Source: an uncultured delta proteobacterium (lineage in GTDB: Bacteria > Myxococcota > Kuafuiibacteriia > Kuafuiibacteriales > Kuafuiibacteriaceae). Taken from it: a stretch of DNA of 64,000 nucleotides. Location of the stretch: assembly GCA_963803435.1 (NCBI GenBank), contig CAWDML010000008.1, positions 32,001 to 96,000 on the forward strand, read 5' to 3'. Made by a program: the position numbers and the translations under genes. Below the pieces are notes generated by a model, which was not told the origin of the DNA, searched no databases, and worked only from the letters and a program-made list of their open reading frames with translations. Shown here piece by piece: positions 53,739 through 63,621 of this stretch (positions are counted from its first letter, which is position 1; every line of letters starts with the position of its first letter).

Positions 53739-54590
53739 TTAGCGGGCCGGATCGCAGGGCGCCCCGGCGCTCCCGAAGCAGATGGAGCCGGGCCGGAAGG
53801 GATCGATCACCACGATCGCGACGACCGCCGCCGCCACCGCGACTCCCGCGGCGATCCCGGTCCAGAGCCAGGGCGAGGCCGCGAGCGAGGTCTTCACCTC
53901 GAGCATCCCGACGGCGATCCGCATCTCTTCCCCGCGCTTCGCCTCGAACACCTGGGCCGCGGGCAGGTAGCCCTCTCGCTGGGCCTCCACGCGGTGCGAC
54001 CCCGGAAGGACCACGAACACGCCGGCGGTGCGGTCCGGCTCGCCGTCGAGGCTGATCTGAGCGTCGGGGGGTGACACGTCGATCCGGACCCTGGCGCCCT
54101 CCGGATAGCCGGCCTCGTCGAAGAGCTCTCGCGAGAGGCGCGCGATCTCGGCACCGATCGTCGACCGGCTCGCGCCTCCGAACGCCTCCCGGACGATCGT
54201 GGCCGACGCGGTGTCGACCAGGTGCAGGCTGAGCACCGGCGGATCGATCGCGTAGTTGACGACCACCCGGAGCGCCAGATCGATCCCGCTCGGACGTGCC
54301 CGCTCGCTGATGCACTCGAGATCGGAGCCGCAGCGTTCTGCGGTACTGAGCACCGGCTCGGCGGTTCCCGCGAGCAGCTCACTGGAGGTGACCGGATCCA
54401 GCTGGACCCGGAGCGCCAGCGTGGGCGCGATTGCCTCCACCACGTCGAGCGGATCGATCGCGTCCGCGCCGCCGCGCACGATCGAGGGAAGGATCGCGAT
54501 CCGTGACGGCCTCGTCCGCCCCAGCGCGACCGGTGTCACCGAGGTCGCTGCCACGGCTGCTGCCAGCGGCACTGCCAGCGCGCGCTTCAC
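53739..54590 (-). CDS. PEGA domain protein
   Basis: Signal peptide, IDVSPPDAQISLDG...PGSHRVEAQREGY, C-terminal SPWLWTGIAAGVAV TM. Confidence 0.85.
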   Translation of the reverse strand: MKRALAVPLAAAVAATSVTPVALGRTRPSRIAILPSIVRGGADAIDPLDVVEAIAPTLALRVQLDPVTSSELLAGTAEPVLSTAERCGSDLECISERARPSGIDLALRVVVNYAIDPPVLSLHLVDTASATIVREAFGGASRSTIGAEIARLSRELFDEAGYPEGARVRIDVSPPDAQISLDGEPDRTAGVFVVLPGSHRVEAQREGYLPAAQVFEAKRGEEMRIAVGMLEVKTSLAASPWLWTGIAAGVAVAAAVVAIVVIDPFRPGSICFGSAGAPCDPAR

Positions 54591-56068
54591 TCACGCTCCA
54601 GTCGCTCGAGCTCCTGTTCCAGCTCGGACCAATGGCCCGACCCCTGCACGGGCATCTCGAGGTTGATCCTGCGGATGACGGCGTTCACTGCGGTCTCGCG
54701 CTCCGATCCCTTCGGCACGCGCATCCTCAGCGTGTAGGCACGCGACAAGAGGAGCTCGGGCTTCACGTCGGGCTTCAGCGCGGCGGGGACCATGGGGGGC
54801 AGCGCCGGCGGCCTCGGCTTCGAGCTCTTGGTGGCGCGTACCACCGCGCCCTCGGCGGGCGGCAGGGGGTGCGCCGTCACCGAGGGCGCAGGCGGAGGGG
54901 CGATCGCCTCGCGAGCCTCCACCGTCACCGCCGGCGGGCTCGGCCCGTCCCGAGGCGCGAGCAGGGCTCGGGCAAGGACGGCGGAGGTGGCGGCCAACGC
55001 GCCCCCCGCCAGGACGACGGCCGCGAGGCGCATCCAGCGCGACCGGGATCGATGAGCGTCCATCGACGGCACGGTCTCGGGCACCGGGCTGCTGAGCGTG
55101 TCGAGGATGGCGGTGTCCTGGAGGAGATTCGAGACCTCGGTCTTCCGCAGCTCGAGCTTGTGCTCGAGCTGATCATCGGTGAGCGTCGCGGGCGCGTCGG
55201 TCCGCTCCGTGTCACCGAGCCTGAGCAGCGCGCCGAGGAGCTGGTCCGCCGAGGCGAAGCGCTGTTCCGGCTTCAGGGCCACCGCGCGGAGCACGATCGC
55301 GTCGAGCGCTGGCGAAATGTCCGGGCGGATCGATGAAGGCGACCGGGGCTGCGCGACCATCGCGGCCTGCAGCATCTTCCCGATGGGGCCGTGCTCGATG
55401 TACGGCACCAGCGTCAGGAGCTCGAACATCACCACGCCGGCGGCGTAGAGATCGGCGCGGTGATCCTGCCCGTCCCCGAACGCTTGCTCCGGAGGCATGT
55501 AGCCGGGAGTGCCCACGATCAGACCGGTACCCGTCTTCCAGTCGCGGGCGTTCGAGCGCCCGATCCCGAGATCGATCAGGCGCGTCCGTCCGTCCTCTCC
55601 CACCATGATGTTCTTTGGAGAGATGTCTCGATGGATGATCCCGAGTCGCGCGCCGGTGTCCGGATGGACCGCTCCGTGAAGGTCGCTCAGGCCTCGCAGC
55701 ACACCCTCCATCACGTCGAGCACGGCGGGGATCGGAGGGAGACGCTGGCGACGCTGGTGCTCCTCGATGATGCGCGAGAGCGGCCAGCCGGCGACGTACT
55801 CCATGGCGATGAACAGCGTGCCGTCGATGATGCCGGCCTCGTGGAGCCTCACCACGTGGGGGCTCTTGACGAACGACACCAGCTCGGCCTCGTGGCGGAA
55901 CCGCCGGACGGCCATCTGATCGGACGCCAGCTCGCCGCGGAGACGCTTGATCACCAGAGGGGAGGGCGCATGCGGGTCGAGCGGGCGCGCCAGATGAACG
56001 TCGCCCATCGCACCCCGCCCGAGGCGCTTCAGGAGGACGTAGCCCCCGAAGGTCGCCAGCTCCGCCAC
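54587..56068 (-). CDS. Ser/Thr protein kinase with TM
   Basis: LGRGAMGDV, VIKRL, HRDISPKNIM, DLGIG, GTPGYMPPEQ; GTG start at 56068. Confidence 0.9.
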   Translation of the reverse strand: MAELATFGGYVLLKRLGRGAMGDVHLARPLDPHAPSPLVIKRLRGELASDQMAVRRFRHEAELVSFVKSPHVVRLHEAGIIDGTLFIAMEYVAGWPLSRIIEEHQRRQRLPPIPAVLDVMEGVLRGLSDLHGAVHPDTGARLGIIHRDISPKNIMVGEDGRTRLIDLGIGRSNARDWKTGTGLIVGTPGYMPPEQAFGDGQDHRADLYAAGVVMFELLTLVPYIEHGPIGKMLQAAMVAQPRSPSSIRPDISPALDAIVLRAVALKPEQRFASADQLLGALLRLGDTERTDAPATLTDDQLEHKLELRKTEVSNLLQDTAILDTLSSPVPETVPSMDAHRSRSRWMRLAAVVLAGGALAATSAVLARALLAPRDGPSPPAVTVEAREAIAPPPAPSVTAHPLPPAEGAVVRATKSSKPRPPALPPMVPAALKPDVKPELLLSRAYTLRMRVPKGSERETAVNAVIRRINLEMPVQGSGHWSELEQELERLERE

Positions 56069-56091
56069 CCACGTCAGCTTATCAGGTCCCT

Positions 56092-58383
56092 TTAGAGCTC
56101 GCCGAGGTCCACGTCGTTGTCGTGGTAGAACACGTGGTCGAGCACGCGCCTCAAGTCGTACCCGGCCGGGTAGCCGCACCCGATCCGCGTCCGTGCGACC
56201 TCACCCCGATCGAGGTCGAGCCTTCCATTGCCCTGGATCCTGAAGCCGTAACCGGTGCTGCCATCGATCAGGAACGAGCGGATCGCCATCGTTCCGCTGC
56301 AATCCACGGCGGCTTCATGGGCGTCGCGGACGAGGAGCCCGTCCACGGTCACAGCCACGTCGTCGTGGGTCACGAGGCCCGACGTGTGGCCTTCGAGGGT
56401 CAGCGTCCCCAGTTGTCCAGCCGAACGCTCGATCTCCAGAGCGATCCCCGGCGTCTCCCGGATAGTCAGGTTCAGGATCTCGATCCGCGGGATCCCGTTC
56501 ACACGCATCCCGGCTCGGTTGTTGGCCAGGGCCATCCGATCGACGGAGGCGCTGGTGAGGTTGTCGAGGACCACCGTACGACGAGCGGACTCGTCCTCGG
56601 CCCCCGAGTCGTTGATGCCGATGTCCGTGAGCTCGACCTCACCGTCGGCGGCGATCAGCCCGAACGAGGACCCACCGTCGACCTCGATCCGGCTGCCTAC
56701 CAGAGCCGCTCCGTGGAAGTTGAGACCTCCCCCCGACGCTCGGATGTCGCTGATTTGGACGTTCGAATCGATCCCCTCGATGGCGTCGTTGTGGATGTCG
56801 AGGAGCGCAGCGCGGCTGATGGTGGCCGTCCCGCTCCCCAGCACGATGCCGTCGTTCGCACCCTGGATCGAGAGATCGGTGAGGGTCACCGACCCCCGGT
56901 GCTGAAGATTCAGCGCCACGGACTGGGTCCGATCGAAGCGCGCCCGGCTGAGGGCGATCAGGTCGGTGTCCTCCAGCTGTCGCAGCCCGTCGCCGGCGGT
57001 GTCGGCGACCACCAGGCCTTCGAGCGAGAGTCGGGCGCCTCGCTCCATCCGGATCGCGTCTCCCTGGCTGCCGAGGATGGCGACGTCGTTCCCGCTCACC
57101 TGGGCGCCCGCTTCGAGCGAGAGTCCGATGAAATCGGCGCCGGCGATGGCGACCCTTTCCAGCGTGGCGCCCGCGCCGGGTTGGAGCTGGATCGAGGTGT
57201 CGGCGGCGCCCGAAACCACGCCGTCGGTGACGTCGAGCTTCGCACCTGGCTCCACGCTGATCCCATGTCCCGCTTCCATCGCGAGCCCGACGATCGTCAC
57301 GGTCGCCTGACTGCCGATCGAGGCCGCCGTCGCGGCGCGTCGAACGACCAGACCGCTGGCATGCACGTCCGCACGAACGCCGGCGGTGAAACCGGTGAGG
57401 CCGTCCTCGACGACCACGTCCGTGATGGTCGCGGTGGCGTCGGCGTGCACCAGCAACGTCGATCCCACGATCCGGAGGTTCGAGATCTCCGCGTTTCGCG
57501 CCTCCACCGAGCTCGCCCTCTCCTCGGCGGTGAGCACCGTCTCCGCGACGCAGGCGCCCACCACCCGGGTCTCTTCGAAGACCACCACCTCCACCGGATG
57601 GACCCCCTTGGAGAGGACGATGACGTCGTTCGGTGAGCGGACCTCGAGCGCGTCGCTGATCCGCATGAACGGCCGGGCCAAGCTGCCGTCGCCTCCTGGC
57701 GTGGCGGTCGGATCGACGTAGCGAGGTGTCCCGTCCGGGACCTCCGTGGGCCAGGAACCGGTGGGACAATCGGACCCCACCCGCGTGCACGCGACGTCGC
57801 CATAGTGCTGAGCCGAGTCGATCGCGCACAGCCCCGGCACGGCCACCCCGTCGGGGACGCTCGGCGCGCTCGGTGGGGTCGGAACCTCCGGAGACCGCGG
57901 AACCTCGGCGAGCCCGTCGCAGGCGCAGACGCCAAGTGCGACGAACACACAACCGCACTCGATGCAGGTCTTGGGATCCACGTCGCGTTCAAAGCGCATG
58001 GCCCAAGACGGGACCACTTCGATCGGCCGCCAGCGCTCGGCGCTGCGGTGGACCGTCGTGGTCCACATCTTGGCCGGAGTTGTGAGGGGGATCGGCGAGG
58101 GGCCGGCCCCGCGAGAGAGCTGGCCCGTCCGGATCATGTGGGCGCAGCTCTTGTCGAGGTAGCCCAGCGCGGTGACCTCGATCCGCGAGCGGCCGTCGTA
58201 TTCGATTGCGAAGGTGTCCTCGGGGACGTCGATTGCGTGTAGCTCCGGCTCGTCGTTTCCATAGTCGAGCGCCACGATCAGCGAGCCGATCGAATCATCC
58301 ACTGGAACGTCGAGTCGAAGCTCACCGCGGCACGAGAGGAGGAGCAGGGCGATGGCGAAGCGAGCGGACAACGCCGCGATCAT
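56092..58383 (-). CDS. Lipoprotein with DUF1565-like motif and right-handed beta-helix (paralog of 35777-37961)
   Basis: LLLLSC lipobox; YVDPTATPGGDGSLARPFMRISDAL; beta-helix repeats. Confidence 0.75.
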   Translation of the reverse strand: MIAALSARFAIALLLLSCRGELRLDVPVDDSIGSLIVALDYGNDEPELHAIDVPEDTFAIEYDGRSRIEVTALGYLDKSCAHMIRTGQLSRGAGPSPIPLTTPAKMWTTTVHRSAERWRPIEVVPSWAMRFERDVDPKTCIECGCVFVALGVCACDGLAEVPRSPEVPTPPSAPSVPDGVAVPGLCAIDSAQHYGDVACTRVGSDCPTGSWPTEVPDGTPRYVDPTATPGGDGSLARPFMRISDALEVRSPNDVIVLSKGVHPVEVVVFEETRVVGACVAETVLTAEERASSVEARNAEISNLRIVGSTLLVHADATATITDVVVEDGLTGFTAGVRADVHASGLVVRRAATAASIGSQATVTIVGLAMEAGHGISVEPGAKLDVTDGVVSGAADTSIQLQPGAGATLERVAIAGADFIGLSLEAGAQVSGNDVAILGSQGDAIRMERGARLSLEGLVVADTAGDGLRQLEDTDLIALSRARFDRTQSVALNLQHRGSVTLTDLSIQGANDGIVLGSGTATISRAALLDIHNDAIEGIDSNVQISDIRASGGGLNFHGAALVGSRIEVDGGSSFGLIAADGEVELTDIGINDSGAEDESARRTVVLDNLTSASVDRMALANNRAGMRVNGIPRIEILNLTIRETPGIALEIERSAGQLGTLTLEGHTSGLVTHDDVAVTVDGLLVRDAHEAAVDCSGTMAIRSFLIDGSTGYGFRIQGNGRLDLDRGEVARTRIGCGYPAGYDLRRVLDHVFYHDNDVDLGEL

Positions 58384-58499
58384 TGTGCCACACCGCGATG
58401 ACCCGGGGGGGCGGTCCCGGAGCGGATCGCGACGTCCGGCGGTTGGCCCGCGCGGACGGCTGACCCTGTCGACGCACCGTGGTAACTGGATCACACGCC

Positions 58500-59189
58500 G
58501 TGTCGAAGAAGAGGAAGAAGACGAGGCCGGCGCCCCGGTTCTTCAAGCGCGAGCACTGGCCGAAGGTCCGGGCGGCGATCATCGCCTACTTCGTCGTCTT
58601 CAACGTTCTCGCCGCCGTCCCTGCGCCCGGCGGCGTCTCGCGCGCGATGCTCGAAAAGCCGGTCAACCAGGCCGAGCTGAAGCGCTGGGTCACCCTTCTT
58701 CGCTCGGTCGGCATCGACACCGATCCCAAGGGGCTCGGCGAGTGGTATCTCGGATTCGCGGCGGGCTTCGACAGTGCGCACGCGATCGCGATGAAGCCGA
58801 TCGAGGATTGGATGGCGCTCACCGAGACCTGGCAGGGTTGGCGCTTGTTCGGCATGCCCGACGAGCGGCCCTTCGCGCTCCGTGTCAGCGTTCGCCGCGA
58901 CGGTAAAGAGGAGATCCTGTATCAGAGCGGCGATCCCGAACGGCGGTGGGGTGCCTCCTTTCTCGAGTACCGGCGGGTGCGCGCGCTCTACAATCCCGGC
59001 GGCAGCGGTCCCACGAGCACGTACCGGGGATTCGGCTTGCGCCTGAGCGAGCGCATCTTCGAGGAGATGCCGGACGTCGACGAGGTGATCCTGGTGCTCC
59101 TGCAGGGCCACACCACGCTGCCGGGTGAGCCACCCGATCCGGAGGTTCGCGAGACCTATCCTCTGCACTTCTCGAGGCCCTCCGCGTGA
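58500..59189 (+). CDS. HTTM-partner protein (SdpA/DUF5819-like)
   Basis: N-terminal TM and TWQGWRLFGMPD motif (Q.W.LF.P); coupled to the HTTM gene. Confidence 0.6.
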   Translation: MSKKRKKTRPAPRFFKREHWPKVRAAIIAYFVVFNVLAAVPAPGGVSRAMLEKPVNQAELKRWVTLLRSVGIDTDPKGLGEWYLGFAAGFDSAHAIAMKPIEDWMALTETWQGWRLFGMPDERPFALRVSVRRDGKEEILYQSGDPERRWGASFLEYRRVRALYNPGGSGPTSTYRGFGLRLSERIFEEMPDVDEVILVLLQGHTTLPGEPPDPEVRETYPLHFSRPSA

Positions 59190-60133
59190 TCCGTCGGCTG
59201 GCCAACCGATGGGTCGCGTTCTGGGACGAGCGAGAGTCGCCGACCTCGATCGTCGCGATCCGTATCCTGCTCTCGCTGGTGATGCTCTGGGATCTGGCCA
59301 TGATCGGGATTCACGACCTCCCGGCCATGTTGTGGGCCCCGCTCGAGGCGGGCGGCGTCTCGAGGATGTCGGATCCACCGCCGTTCTACCGCTGGTTCCC
59401 CATGACCTCGACGACGGCGACGGTCCTCTGGATCGTGCTGGTCGTCAGCATCGTCTGCTTCGGGATCGGCTTCTTCACGCGGACGTCGGCGCTGGTCTTC
59501 GCGCTTGCGTACGCGCAGTCGGCGTCGATCAACGACTACGGCGACCGCGGGATCGATCGCGCGGTACGCATCGTCATGCTGATCCTCGCGTTCTCCGCGG
59601 CAGGCTCTGCCTGGTCGATCGACGCCAAGCGCAAGACCGGTCGCTTCCGCGGCGACGGGCGTCCCGTGGGAGCCTGGGCGCGACACCTGATCTTCTGCCA
59701 GCTCGTCTTGCTCTACTGCGCAGCAGGCTTCTCGAAGGGAGGCACGCGCTGGTATCCATGGGGCGGCTACACCGCGCTCTACGTGATCCTCCAGGACCCG
59801 ATCTTCGCGGTGACGGACTTCAGCTGGCTGTCGCAGCCGATCCTCTACTTCTTCAGCCGGGCGGCGACTGCCATCACGCACTTGTGGGAGCTGGGAGCGC
59901 CGATCATGCTGGTCGCCGCGTACTACCGGCGGACGGCGGAACGCCCCGGGCGGTTGCGGGCGCTGTTCAACCGGCTCCCGGTACGAAACGTCTATGTGGC
60001 GATCGGCGCGACGTTCCACCTGATGCTGGCGCTGACACTGCGGCTCGGGATCTTTCCATTTGCCATGCTCGCCTTCTTTCCCGCGTTCTACCGTCCGGAC
60101 GAGCTCGAGCGTCTCGGAGGCAAGATCCGATGA
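59186..60133 (+). CDS. HTTM domain membrane protein (SdpB/vitamin-K-dependent carboxylase-like)
   Basis: IRILLS, GIGFFTR, WSIDA, QLVLLYCAAGFSK, HLWEL, FHLMLALTLRLGIFPFAMLA. Confidence 0.85.
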   Translation: MIRRLANRWVAFWDERESPTSIVAIRILLSLVMLWDLAMIGIHDLPAMLWAPLEAGGVSRMSDPPPFYRWFPMTSTTATVLWIVLVVSIVCFGIGFFTRTSALVFALAYAQSASINDYGDRGIDRAVRIVMLILAFSAAGSAWSIDAKRKTGRFRGDGRPVGAWARHLIFCQLVLLYCAAGFSKGGTRWYPWGGYTALYVILQDPIFAVTDFSWLSQPILYFFSRAATAITHLWELGAPIMLVAAYYRRTAERPGRLRALFNRLPVRNVYVAIGATFHLMLALTLRLGIFPFAMLAFFPAFYRPDELERLGGKIR

Positions 60134-61191
60134 TCCCGGTGGTCCTGCTCCTCGTCGCCCAGGACGCGCACCCGGTCGAGCTCTACCGGGAGGCAGGCCA
60201 GCGCGCCCGCGCAGGAAAGAAGGAGGAGGCGATCGCGCTCCTCGATCGCATCGCGGATCTCGGGATCGCGTTCGAGCCTGGAAAAGATCCGGACTTTGCG
60301 TCCCTGCGGGAGACGCCCGAGCTCGAGGTGATCACCAAGCGGTTCGCCGCCAACATGACGCCCACATCCCATAGTCGGGTCGCCTTCGAGATCCCGGAGG
60401 ATCTCGGTCTGCCCGAAGGCATCACCTACGATCCGGCTCGACGGCGTTTCCTGATCGGCACGGTCAGCACGCGCAAGCTCCTCTCCGTCGACCATCGAGG
60501 GAAAGTGCACGAGCTCGCCTCGGACAAGGACGGGCTCTGGTCGGTCCTCGGGATGGCGGTCGATCAAAAGCGGGACATCCTGTGGGCGGCGACCTCTGCG
60601 ATCGACGAGAAGCGAAAAGCGGCGCTGGTGAAGGTCGATCTGACCCGGGACAAGGTGATCGGAAAGTATCTCCTCCCGGAGGACGGGCGCGAGCACGTGC
60701 TCGGAGACGTCACCGTGAGCTCGGCGGGCGACGCCTATACCTCGGATAGCGTGACGCCGGCGATCTATCGGCTGCGGCGCGGGCACCACAAACTCGAGGT
60801 CTTCGTCGGGGGCGCTCCCTTTCGCTCGCCGCAGGGGCTTTGCATGTCGAAGGACGAGGCCACGCTGTTTGTGGCCGACTCCGCGCTCGGGATCTTCGCG
60901 ATCGACCTCGCGACCGGAAAACCGATCCGCCTCGAGGTGCCCGACTCGGTGACCGTCGCCGGGATCGACGGTCTCAGCTGCTACCACGACTCACTGATCG
61001 CCACGCAGAACGGCTTTCATCCCAACCGGGTCCTCCGGATCTTCGTCGATCGGGCCTGCCGGAAGATCGACAAGGCCGTGGTCCTCGAGTCGAATCACCC
61101 CGACTTCAGCGAGGTGACCCTGGGTGTCGTCGTCAGGGACGCATTCTTCTACGTCGCCGGGCCCTCCAAGATCCTGAGGCTTCAACTATGA
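60130..61191 (+). CDS. Secreted SMP-30/gluconolactonase-like beta-propeller protein
   Basis: PEGITYDP, SVLGMAVD, GDVTVSSAGDAYTSDS, SPQGL, GIDGL, LIATQNG..PNRV. Confidence 0.82.
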   Translation: MIPVVLLLVAQDAHPVELYREAGQRARAGKKEEAIALLDRIADLGIAFEPGKDPDFASLRETPELEVITKRFAANMTPTSHSRVAFEIPEDLGLPEGITYDPARRRFLIGTVSTRKLLSVDHRGKVHELASDKDGLWSVLGMAVDQKRDILWAATSAIDEKRKAALVKVDLTRDKVIGKYLLPEDGREHVLGDVTVSSAGDAYTSDSVTPAIYRLRRGHHKLEVFVGGAPFRSPQGLCMSKDEATLFVADSALGIFAIDLATGKPIRLEVPDSVTVAGIDGLSCYHDSLIATQNGFHPNRVLRIFVDRACRKIDKAVVLESNHPDFSEVTLGVVVRDAFFYVAGPSKILRLQL

Positions 61192-61970
61192 GAAGGCATC
61201 TCACGCTCCTCGGCTTCTCCTTGGCGGTGCTCGCTTCGTGCGCGCTCTTCAAGAAGAAGGAGCCCGAGAAGCAGGCGCCCAGGGGCCCGGTCGCGCCCGC
61301 CTGGGTGGGAAAGAAACGGTTCTATCAGAAGGACGGGGACAAGCTCCGGCTCTACGGCGTTGGCGCGGTCGAGCTCCCGAAGATCGAGAAGGGGAACTGT
61401 CCGGCGCCGCGCACACTGGCGCAGGCGGCGCTCGGTCGGGCCCGGGCGCAGATCGCGGGCATCGTCGACGGCAAGGCCAAGGTCGATCCGGGCTACGAGA
61501 TGAGCGCGGCCGAGCTGGCAGGCTCCGAGCCGGCGTTCGGGTGGTTCGATGGCGACCACACCATCTACGTCGCCGCCAAGCTCGAGACCTCCACCGCGCC
61601 GCCGGCTCTCGACACCCTCGAGTCGCTCACCCCCAAAGGCGGCGTCGACGCCGGCGCGGTGGTCGACACCGTGCGGGACGCGATGCAGGCGAAGCTGGAC
61701 GCCACCGGCGTCTGCCAGGATCCGCATCGCCGTCAAACCAACAAGTGCTGCGGCGGACCGCAACGGTTCTGTTATGACCAGAAGCGCTACTCCAACATGC
61801 TCGGCCCGGGCGTGTGCGCCTGCGGGCAGGGCCTGCCGTGCCTGTTCGACTTCATGTGCGAGACCAGCGGGCAGAACGGGACGCGCTGCATCTGCCGGGG
61901 CCCCAAGTGCCCGTGCGAGGTGCTCAACTGCGACCCGGGGGAGACCTGCGGCGACGGCCGGTGTTACTGA
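61188..61970 (+). CDS. LPP20-like lipoprotein with Cys-rich C-terminus
   Basis: VLASC lipobox, APAWV...LYGVG...ARAQIA, C-terminal Cys cluster. Confidence 0.65.
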   Translation: MRRHLTLLGFSLAVLASCALFKKKEPEKQAPRGPVAPAWVGKKRFYQKDGDKLRLYGVGAVELPKIEKGNCPAPRTLAQAALGRARAQIAGIVDGKAKVDPGYEMSAAELAGSEPAFGWFDGDHTIYVAAKLETSTAPPALDTLESLTPKGGVDAGAVVDTVRDAMQAKLDATGVCQDPHRRQTNKCCGGPQRFCYDQKRYSNMLGPGVCACGQGLPCLFDFMCETSGQNGTRCICRGPKCPCEVLNCDPGETCGDGRCY

Positions 61971-62747
61971 ACGAAGTGGACCGAGCAAGCGTACAGCTTC
62001 GACGTCGACCGTGCCGCGATGGAGCGTTCGTACGACACGATGCGGCGCATCTATCTCGAGATCTTCGAGCGCTGCGGCCTCGAGGTCGTCTTGGTCGAAG
62101 CGGACTCGGGGGCGATCGGCGGCGCGGTGAGCGAGGAGTTCATGGTGCGGAGCGAGCTCGGAGAAGACACCATCATCGTCACCGAGGACGGGCGGGCCGC
62201 GAACGCCGAGCGAGCCGCGGATCTGGCGGGAGAGCGCGCCCAGGCGATCGAGGTCGGGCACATCTTTCAGCTCGGCGTGCGCTACTCCGAGCCGATGCGC
62301 GCCTCGTTCGCCGACGCCTTGCAGCAGCAGCGCAGCTTCTGGATGGGCTGCTACGGCATTGGCGTCACCCGCATGGTGCAGGCCCTGGTCGAGCAACACT
62401 GTGATGCCGCGGGAATGATCTGGCCGCGCTCGATCGCGCCCTATCACGTGCACCTGATCCAGACACGCCGACACGACGAGGTGCAGACGGCGCTGTGTGA
62501 GCGGATCTACGCCGCGTTGCAGGACAGGCGGATCGAGGTTCTCTGGGACGAGCGCGATCTGAGCACGGGCGCGCAGCTCGCCGACGCCGATCTGATCGGC
62601 CTGCCGTTTCGCCTGATCGCCCGGCGTGACGCGGAAGAGGGGAGGGTCGAGCTCAGCGAGCGCGCAAAACCGAGTGGGACCAGGCGGTTGCAGGTCCACG
62701 AGGCGATCGCGGAGCTCGAGCAAAACCTGCTTCGAACGCAGCCGTGA
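61971..62747 (+). pseudogene. N-terminally truncated prolyl-tRNA synthetase paralog (motif 3 + anticodon-binding domain only)
   Basis: AYSFD, EADSGAIGGAVSEEF, IEVGHIFQLG.RYS, MGCYGIGVTR, WPRSIAPY, DADLIGLP. Motifs 1/2 and the INS editing domain are absent. First ATG at 62019. Confidence 0.8.
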
Positions 62748-62814
62748 CGGCCCCTCGTTGGGGAACGAAGGTCACTCGGGTCGAAAATCTCTGACACGAG
62801 CCGGCTCGCGAGCA

Positions 62815-63390
62815 TCATGAGGCGCCCGAGTCGTCGAGCCTGGGCTCGAAGTCGGGCAGATCGAAGATCTTCTTGCCCGTGTAACCGCCCACCTCTCCCT
62901 CCGGTCTGCGATTACCTTGGGGCCACGGATCGAGGTCGACGTCGTCGGTCTGTTCGTGGAACCCAATCTCCTCCTCGGGGGTCAGCGGAGGTGTCGCACC
63001 GCCCGCTTCCTTCGGAATCTCGCCCTCGCCGCCTTCGTCCGCTCCACCCTCGGAGTTCAGGTTGATGATCGCCGGGCCCCCCGGCAGCGCAACCACCGAC
63101 CCGGGCCCTGCTTGCGTCTGTCCCGTGGGCCCGCTGCCTGAGGGGGTGAGTCGCTGGCCCAGGCCTGGGCCGATACCGGTGCTCGCTCCTGCTCCCGTCC
63201 CATCGCTCGCGAAGTGATCCACGGCTTGGGTACCGATCACCTGTCGGGCCTGGCCTTGGACCTGACCCGCGGTGACCGCTTGCTGCGCCTTCTGTACGTC
63301 CGTTTGGTCAGCGACGTTGGTTACGCCGTCGGTCCCCGCGGACGGATCAGCTCCCGTGGTCTTCTTGGTGGCGTTCGGATCGACGTTCAT
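62815..63390 (-). CDS. Hypothetical low-complexity acidic protein
   Basis: MNVDPNATKKTTGADPSAG..., GAAGGGA RBS-like sequence upstream; Gly/Thr/Gln-rich N-half, acidic C-half. Confidence 0.6.
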   Translation of the reverse strand: MNVDPNATKKTTGADPSAGTDGVTNVADQTDVQKAQQAVTAGQVQGQARQVIGTQAVDHFASDGTGAGASTGIGPGLGQRLTPSGSGPTGQTQAGPGSVVALPGGPAIINLNSEGGADEGGEGEIPKEAGGATPPLTPEEEIGFHEQTDDVDLDPWPQGNRRPEGEVGGYTGKKIFDLPDFEPRLDDSGAS

Positions 63391-63621
63391 CTCTTGATCC
63401 CTTCGTTCTGGGCGGCGAGCGCATCGAGTTCGGTGCGATGCTGTCGCTCGCAGCGGATTCAATGTTACCGCGAGCCCGTCGCGGAGATCGCGTACGGCGC
63501 GCGCACTAAAATTACGGCGGCAGGCTCTCGACGTCTCTCGGCGTAAGCGGAACGTAAGCGTCGAGCGATGTTCAAACCCAGCACGCTCGATGCGATGGCT
63601 TACGACCTCGAGAGAGTTGTC

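Noticed and set aside
61968-61970. TGA of the lipoprotein is in frame with the ProRS fragment (possible Sec or readthrough fusion)
   Set aside because: No convincing SECIS and no redox motif context; an exported lipoprotein fused to ProRS is implausible.
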